IMG/VR virus record: IMGVR_UViG_3300028735_000003
Coordinates: 62,001 to 126,000 of that record
Strand: one strand, 5' to 3'
Length of the DNA: 64,000 nt
Part shown: one piece after another, positions 58,561 to 64,000 of the stretch
Numbering within the stretch: the stretch's first letter is position 1
Layout of the letters: each line of letters opens with the position of its first letter
Translations under genes and position numbers: made by a program
The notes under the pieces: model-generated
The model's database searches: none
Told to the model about the DNA's origin: nothing
The model's input: the letters and a program-made list of their open reading frames with translations, nothing else

Positions 58561-60465
58561 ATGCCAATAAACTTAATTTCTAAAATTAAACCAAAGAATG
58601 ACGGATATTTTCCTGTCTGCGAAGATGTAGATATTGAAGGCGGATATCAGGTAAGAGCAAACATAGCTGATAGAAATAGAATACCAACACTTAATAGAAA
58701 AATTGGTATGTTAGTTTATGTTCAATCTGAAGCTAAATATTATACTTTATCTGGTGGAACTGGAAATGAACATTGGATTGAAGCTCAAATTGGTGGAGGA
58801 GGGTTTACACCTGGAGGAGACTTATCAGGAACCAGCACAAATCAAATAGTTATCGGATTAAATACAGTTCCGATACCACAAGCACTACCAATAGATTCTG
58901 ATATATTGGAGGTTAATAAACCACTATTATTATCTAAACAGGCATTTGGAAGTACAACAGATGGCTATAGTGTATGGGTAGCTGACATATTTAATCCATA
59001 TGATGGTGATGTAAATCCATATCATTATTCAAACTATGGTGGTCTAGTAAAAGTAAATTATGCTGACGAATATATATCTACACGTTATGACTATTCTGAG
59101 CAATTAATTACTGGAAGTAATAGCAAAAGAATTTATACTGTTGCATATTTTGATGGATACCTTTATGCTTCTGGAACTGAAAAAAATAATAACGAATGGC
59201 ATTCAGCTATTTGGAAGATTAATCCTGCAAATGGATATATTTTAGACTCATCATTTACTGACAAATTATCTTACATATACTCTGCTGCTGGATCATTATG
59301 GTTAACGGTACCAGGTGGATATAGTAGTTATGAAGATTCTTCTCCATTGTATAAAGTAGACCCTACAAATTTATCAATACAAACATTGGTAGACTTATCA
59401 GAATATATTGAAGGGCAATATACATATTATTGTGGATTCACTTATGATTCAACATTAGAAAAGATTTGGTTTTCATCATCAGACACTGGATATATATTCA
59501 GAATTGATCCTACAACACTTAATATAGATATTGCAATATCTGATTATAATTTTCCTAATGGAATGGCATATGATCCAGATAATCATAAAATATGGGTAAC
59601 ATGTTCTGCTGTGGGTTATTATGCAACAAATAATTCTAACTGGATTCATATTCTAAATCCAATCAGCGGATCATTAATCACAACAGTATCTGATACAACT
59701 GAACTAATACACAATAACTTACTAATATCTTATGATTCTACAAATCATAAGATGTGGTGCCCATCCAGTAGTATACCTGACAAATTAGACCCTCCTGGCA
59801 AAATCAGTGGAAATAGAATAATAAGAATTGATGCTACTACGTATACTATAGATGGTATTGGGCAATTAAATAGTAGTATAAATAATTCTCTTATATGTGC
59901 TGGTGGATATGTTTGGAATATTGATAATCCAGAAGACACTGTAGAATATTCAATTGTAAAAATAGCACCGTCACAAATTACTGATATTACAGACCCAGAC
60001 AATTCACCATTCTATACTGGACAAGATTGGGGGGGGATACTTGCCTCAATAGATTCTGGACGAATATCATATACATTCGTACAGAAAAACAGCAGTGTTG
60101 TGACAGATTGTACAGCCAGAGAGTTAATACTTATAAGAAATAAAGATGAAATAGTTCTCGCTCCAATTAATAGCGATATATATCTTCCTTTAACACCAGT
60201 TGATGGTCAAAAACATACTATTATAGATGCTAATGGGGGTGCAGGGCAACCATATTCATCTATTTATGTGTATAAACAAATTCCTTATCATTATCCGTTC
60301 CGATCTTTATTATACAAAATATATGATAATTATGGCGCCCTAACAGTTATATGGTCAGAAGCAATGAGTAGGTGGTATATAATTTCATATTACCCAATAA
60401 GTTCTACTGGTCCTACTGGTCCTACTGGAGATACTGGTCCTACTGGACCTAGAGGAGATAAATGA
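58561..60465 (+). CDS. putative tail/fibre protein with beta-propeller-like repeats and short terminal collagen stub
   Basis: Repeated YDxxxxKIW / IDPxT motifs; GGDLSGT motif; ends [18 protein letters not shown]. Confidence 0.7.
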   Translation: MPINLISKIKPKNDGYFPVCEDVDIEGGYQVRANIADRNRIPTLNRKIGMLVYVQSEAKYYTLSGGTGNEHWIEAQIGGGGFTPGGDLSGTSTNQIVIGLNTVPIPQALPIDSDILEVNKPLLLSKQAFGSTTDGYSVWVADIFNPYDGDVNPYHYSNYGGLVKVNYADEYISTRYDYSEQLITGSNSKRIYTVAYFDGYLYASGTEKNNNEWHSAIWKINPANGYILDSSFTDKLSYIYSAAGSLWLTVPGGYSSYEDSSPLYKVDPTNLSIQTLVDLSEYIEGQYTYYCGFTYDSTLEKIWFSSSDTGYIFRIDPTTLNIDIAISDYNFPNGMAYDPDNHKIWVTCSAVGYYATNNSNWIHILNPISGSLITTVSDTTELIHNNLLISYDSTNHKMWCPSSSIPDKLDPPGKISGNRIIRIDATTYTIDGIGQLNSSINNSLICAGGYVWNIDNPEDTVEYSIVKIAPSQITDITDPDNSPFYTGQDWGGILASIDSGRISYTFVQKNSSVVTDCTARELILIRNKDEIVLAPINSDIYLPLTPVDGQKHTIIDANGGAGQPYSSIYVYKQIPYHYPFRSLLYKIYDNYGALTVIWSEAMSRWYIISYYPISSTGPTGPTGDTGPTGPRGDK

Positions 60466-60737
60466 CAACTGCATATATTTCTAAAATAATACACAATCAT
60501 AATCTTATCACAATAGAGGAACATGAAGATTTAATGCAGCAAACAATTGATTCTGGCGCTGCTGCAGAAGAGCCTGAACCAGAAAAATCTCAGATCATTT
60601 ATACTAAAATAGGCTGTAGTAGATGTGGATTTGAACTTATAGATGCAAAAGAAACAAAAACGACAAATGATGGTAAAAAATATAGGCGATGTTTCTGTTT
60701 TAGATGCGGTAATAGGGCTTGGAGAAGAACACCATGA
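60462..60737 (+). CDS. zinc-ribbon hypothetical protein
   Basis: CSRCG...CFRCG. Confidence 0.55.
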   Translation: MTTAYISKIIHNHNLITIEEHEDLMQQTIDSGAAAEEPEPEKSQIIYTKIGCSRCGFELIDAKETKTTNDGKKYRRCFCFRCGNRAWRRTP

Positions 60738-61384
60738 AAAGATTTTTAGTAACAAGTATCGGTAGAAGCGGTACAAAATACATATCAAAACTATTTTCAG
60801 AATCTGGAATTTATTGTAGTTGGGAAAAATCCTTTACTATAAATAAACATGATATAAATTGGAATATTGGTAGTAATGGTGGCGAAGTATCTTGGTTAGC
60901 AGCTCCATATATTTTTCAACTACCTGCTGGAACAATCATTTTACATCAAACGAGAAATCCATTAGTATGGTTAAATTCTTGGTTAAAAGTTACACCACAA
61001 TGGGGTCAACAAATCACAAATTTTGTAGATGATAATTGTGGATTTTACAGATGGTTTGATGGCTATCATCCAACAGTAGATATGAAATTATATGTAAATT
61101 GGAATAATATGATTGAAGCAGCCGCTCAAGACCCAAAATTTACGTATATTAGATATAAATTGGAAGATATTAATACAAATAAAATAATCGAATTAGCAAA
61201 ATTAATTGAATCACCAGTTAATCAAACAGATATTTTACAAGCAATAAACAAATTAGGTAAAAAAGTGAATTCATCAAAAGATAATCCTTTGTATGTACCG
61301 GTAACATGGAATACGTTGCCTACTGGACCCGAGCTTGATGATTTTAAAGCTATTACGCTAAAATATGGGTATATTATAGAATAA
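60734..61384 (+). CDS. sulfotransferase-like (P-loop) protein
   Basis: VTSIGRSGTKYI (5'-PSB-like) and HQTRNPL (3'-PB-like). Confidence 0.6.
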   Translation: MKRFLVTSIGRSGTKYISKLFSESGIYCSWEKSFTINKHDINWNIGSNGGEVSWLAAPYIFQLPAGTIILHQTRNPLVWLNSWLKVTPQWGQQITNFVDDNCGFYRWFDGYHPTVDMKLYVNWNNMIEAAAQDPKFTYIRYKLEDINTNKIIELAKLIESPVNQTDILQAINKLGKKVNSSKDNPLYVPVTWNTLPTGPELDDFKAITLKYGYIIE

Positions 61385-62455
61385 TTAAAGCTCACTATAC
61401 TTTAGATTTTTGATTATTCTTTCAACCTGAGCACCAGGAAGCATGCCGCTATTTAACAAATATTTGTTTAAATATGCGGCTTCTTGTTTTTTACCAATCC
61501 AATATGCAGCAATAGCTAATTCGTCTATTATCTTCCAATCGTAACATGCTGATTCTATAAATAATCCATCTTGAGGCTTTGGTATATTACACCCAATTTT
61601 TGCATAAAAATACGATTTATGGAAATCATTAGATGTTCTACAAAAAGAACATAAATAGGCTAACGCTTCAACTCTTTTAGGCTGGCAATTAAACGCTTCT
61701 AAATATTTAGTTTCTATTTTTAGATTATCATGCGGATATAATGACTCGTAAAGTTTTGCCGCTTCTAGTAATGCTATATACTGTTCTTCGATCCAACCGC
61801 CCATTTTACTACGTTGTTGATATAATTTTAAAGATTTTTCTTTATTCCCCGCATCTCTATAGCTTTGAGCGGCATAAAACACATAACGTGAATTGTTTGG
61901 CTCAGCAATCAATGCTTTTTCTAATACCTCTGCATCTTTAAGATACTTGTTAGGGTCTTGTGAGCGAGCTCCATTAGCTCCAAAAATTATCTTACAATCA
62001 TCCAATGGAACAGCAATAACATTGCTTGGTAACTCAAGATATTCGTGTAATACACCAACATATCTTGCTGATAATTTAGAACTAAATAATTGTGGTCGGC
62101 TATATACTATCGGTCCATGATTAAAAGTAATTGTATATGCTTGCTTATTTAGATTTTTGAATACATCAATATTATTAATTACAAGATAATCATCAGCGTC
62201 TATTATAAATATATAATCCGCTTTATTTTTAGCTAGTTCTAAAGATTTATTTCTATTGGTAGCAAAATCAAACCACTTATGCTTATGGAATTCACCAGGA
62301 ATATCTTTAAGGCAATTCTGAACAATATATTCTGTATTATCAGTAGAGCCAGTATCACATATAATCCAGTAATCAATAAATGGTTTTACAGAGTTAAGAC
62401 ATCTTTCTATGCAATGCGCCTCATTTTTTACAATCATAGATAAACATATGGTCAT
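61385..62455 (-). CDS. GT2 glycosyltransferase with TPR-like C-terminus
   Basis: ICLSMIVKNEAHCIERCL, DTGSTD, IIDADD, HEY; TPR-like helices. Confidence 0.88.
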   Translation of the reverse strand: MTICLSMIVKNEAHCIERCLNSVKPFIDYWIICDTGSTDNTEYIVQNCLKDIPGEFHKHKWFDFATNRNKSLELAKNKADYIFIIDADDYLVINNIDVFKNLNKQAYTITFNHGPIVYSRPQLFSSKLSARYVGVLHEYLELPSNVIAVPLDDCKIIFGANGARSQDPNKYLKDAEVLEKALIAEPNNSRYVFYAAQSYRDAGNKEKSLKLYQQRSKMGGWIEEQYIALLEAAKLYESLYPHDNLKIETKYLEAFNCQPKRVEALAYLCSFCRTSNDFHKSYFYAKIGCNIPKPQDGLFIESACYDWKIIDELAIAAYWIGKKQEAAYLNKYLLNSGMLPGAQVERIIKNLKYSEL

Positions 62456-62476
62456 GTCCTATGATATATCGATACG

Positions 62477-63463
62477 TTACTCATATTTTACAAGTATATA
62501 TGCATCATAGCATATTAATTCGTTTAAGGAAAATATGGATACATTATAGTGAGCTGCTATAGCATTTCTTATGCTACCATTATTGTTTCCTACTGATAAT
62601 TTTTCGCTGATATAACGAATTGGTTTTGTATCTTTTACGATAATATTTCCAGTAACAATTACTTCATTATTAGTTTCATCATATAATTGTATGGTTATCT
62701 TTTCGCCAATATTATTAGATTTAATATCAATTACAAAAAATAATGTACGTGTTAGTCCAGATATTATAGTAGGATAATCTGCCATATCAATACTAGTGCC
62801 GCCAACAACTCCATGGGTAACAGGCGTCATAGAGCTAACTATTGGTACTCGAACTGGTAAAATAGCGCCTGGTAATCCCTGAATACCAGGTGGTCCCTGA
62901 AGACCTTGGTCTCCTTTTGGTCCTTGTATTCCTTGTGGACCTGCCGGTCCAACTGGACCCGTAGGACCAGGAATACCTTGTAGACCTTGAATTCCCTGAA
63001 CTCCCTGAACTCCTTGATCACCTTTTGGTCCTTGAGGTCCTCTAATTCCTTGAATACCGGCGGGACCCGTATCGCCTTTAGGACCTTGTGGACCTGTATC
63101 ACCTTTAGGACCAGTTGGTCCAATAGGTCCCATTGGTCCCGTTGGACCAATATCACCAGTATCACCTTTCGCGCCTATTTTACCTTCTGGTCCCTGTAAT
63201 CCTTGCGGACCTGTTGGTCCTGTATCACCAGTGTCTCCCCTTTCTCCAGTCATACCCTGTGGTCCTGTTGGACCTGGACTTCCAGAAATAGTAGCCACAG
63301 AATCGCCATCATAAAACATCCAACCAGATTTAACATTGTATCGTAAAGATGCTGTTTTACCATCTGCGCATTGGAAAACAATCTCTTTATCTGAATCGGT
63401 TCCATCACCAATGTATAATGTATTTCCAGGTATTGAATTTATCGGGCTGCTTAGTTTTGGCAT
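62477..63463 (-). CDS. collagen-like fibre protein
   Basis: About 45 G-X-Y triplets; start set at MPKLSS after AAAGAG. Confidence 0.85.
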   Translation of the reverse strand: MPKLSSPINSIPGNTLYIGDGTDSDKEIVFQCADGKTASLRYNVKSGWMFYDGDSVATISGSPGPTGPQGMTGERGDTGDTGPTGPQGLQGPEGKIGAKGDTGDIGPTGPMGPIGPTGPKGDTGPQGPKGDTGPAGIQGIRGPQGPKGDQGVQGVQGIQGLQGIPGPTGPVGPAGPQGIQGPKGDQGLQGPPGIQGLPGAILPVRVPIVSSMTPVTHGVVGGTSIDMADYPTIISGLTRTLFFVIDIKSNNIGEKITIQLYDETNNEVIVTGNIIVKDTKPIRYISEKLSVGNNNGSIRNAIAAHYNVSIFSLNELICYDAYILVKYE

Positions 63464-63477
63464 GATTATCTCTTTAC

Positions 63478-63798
63478 TTAAATTGCCCAGGTTGCTATGA
63501 CTCTTATTGTAGGTTGAACTAATGTCCCAGGACCAGAATAATGTGCTCCAGTGAAATCTGGAGAACCAGTTACTGTCCAACCAACGTTATTTGTTCCATT
63601 ATAACCCACCATATGATAATATCTGACTTGTGTTGTTCCTGATCCTGCACCAACAGAGCAATAAACTGATGCCAATTTAGCATTTGGTAATGATGACTTA
63701 ACTGGGTCTTTAAACTCATGTTTTCCATCATATCTTACATCAGGTGCTGAAGAAGATACCGCAACATATGGAAGAGCTTCACCACTTAAATCAGCCAT
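63478..63798 (-). CDS. hypothetical protein (structural cluster)
   Basis: Start set at MADLSGE, overlapping the upstream stop. Confidence 0.6.
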   Translation of the reverse strand: MADLSGEALPYVAVSSSAPDVRYDGKHEFKDPVKSSLPNAKLASVYCSVGAGSGTTQVRYYHMVGYNGTNNVGWTVTGSPDFTGAHYSGPGTLVQPTIRVIATWAI

Positions 63799-64000
63799 TA
63801 GAAACCCACCAATGGTATTGTGCCAGGAACACTTGGAGTTCCATTCCAAGGAAAAATAAAATCATCGCATTGCCAAAATTGTCTTGTTGAATCATCTGGG
63901 TATGTTGTATCCACATATGATCCTAAATTAGCTGCAGATATATCTCCAAACCACAAATCATATATTTGCCCATGACGACCCTTAGCTCCGGTAGTTTCCG
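63798..64000 (-). CDS. partial CDS running off the right edge
   Basis: ...KGRHGQIYDLWFGD...YPDDSTRQFWQCDDFIFPWNGTP... stop at 63798-63800. Confidence 0.6.
   Translation of the reverse strand, partial: ETTGAKGRHGQIYDLWFGDISAANLGSYVDTTYPDDSTRQFWQCDDFIFPWNGTPSVPGTIPLVGF

Overview
This window looks like part of a very large, AT-rich tailed phage genome (jumbo/huge phage). A myxobacterial or other deltaproteobacterial host is suggested only indirectly, by Cys-rich lipoproteins and sigma54 sites. Layout: (1) 0.8-2.4 kb, an IS200/IS605 element (tnpA plus tnpB with an in-frame TAG). (2) 2.4-19 kb, small leftward early-type genes with many local duplications, three tRNA-like RNAs with abnormal or missing anticodon arms, and a 14-nt gene-junction motif (CCCATCATGAAACA) in 10 copies. 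(3) 15.4-19.5 kb, 29 consensus sigma54 (-24/-12, GG-N10-GC) elements plus 3 near-matches, mostly as head-to-head pairs 2-4 bp apart. This is the most striking signal. (4) 20.9-37.5 kb, an expanding and decaying family of CPxC proteins sharing a C-terminal K-[ILV]-x-x-hydrophobic-hydrophobic-x-F-[SL] tail, an intein-split papain-like protease, tRNA-Leu remnants and a release factor 2 gene interrupted by an in-frame TAA instead of the usual frameshift. (5) 39.6-55 kb, nucleotide metabolism and auxiliary genes (dut, HD nucleotidase, SET domain, two DEDDh exonucleases, infA, IMPDH/GMPR, thyA, DHFR, M23, macrodomain, HAD, glycosyltransferase, FAD oxidoreductase). (6) 56-64 kb, structural and collagen-like fibre genes with a GT2-TPR glycosyltransferase and a sulfotransferase-like gene. 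All family calls come from motifs recognised by eye; no database search was run, and some start codons were re-assigned by eye.
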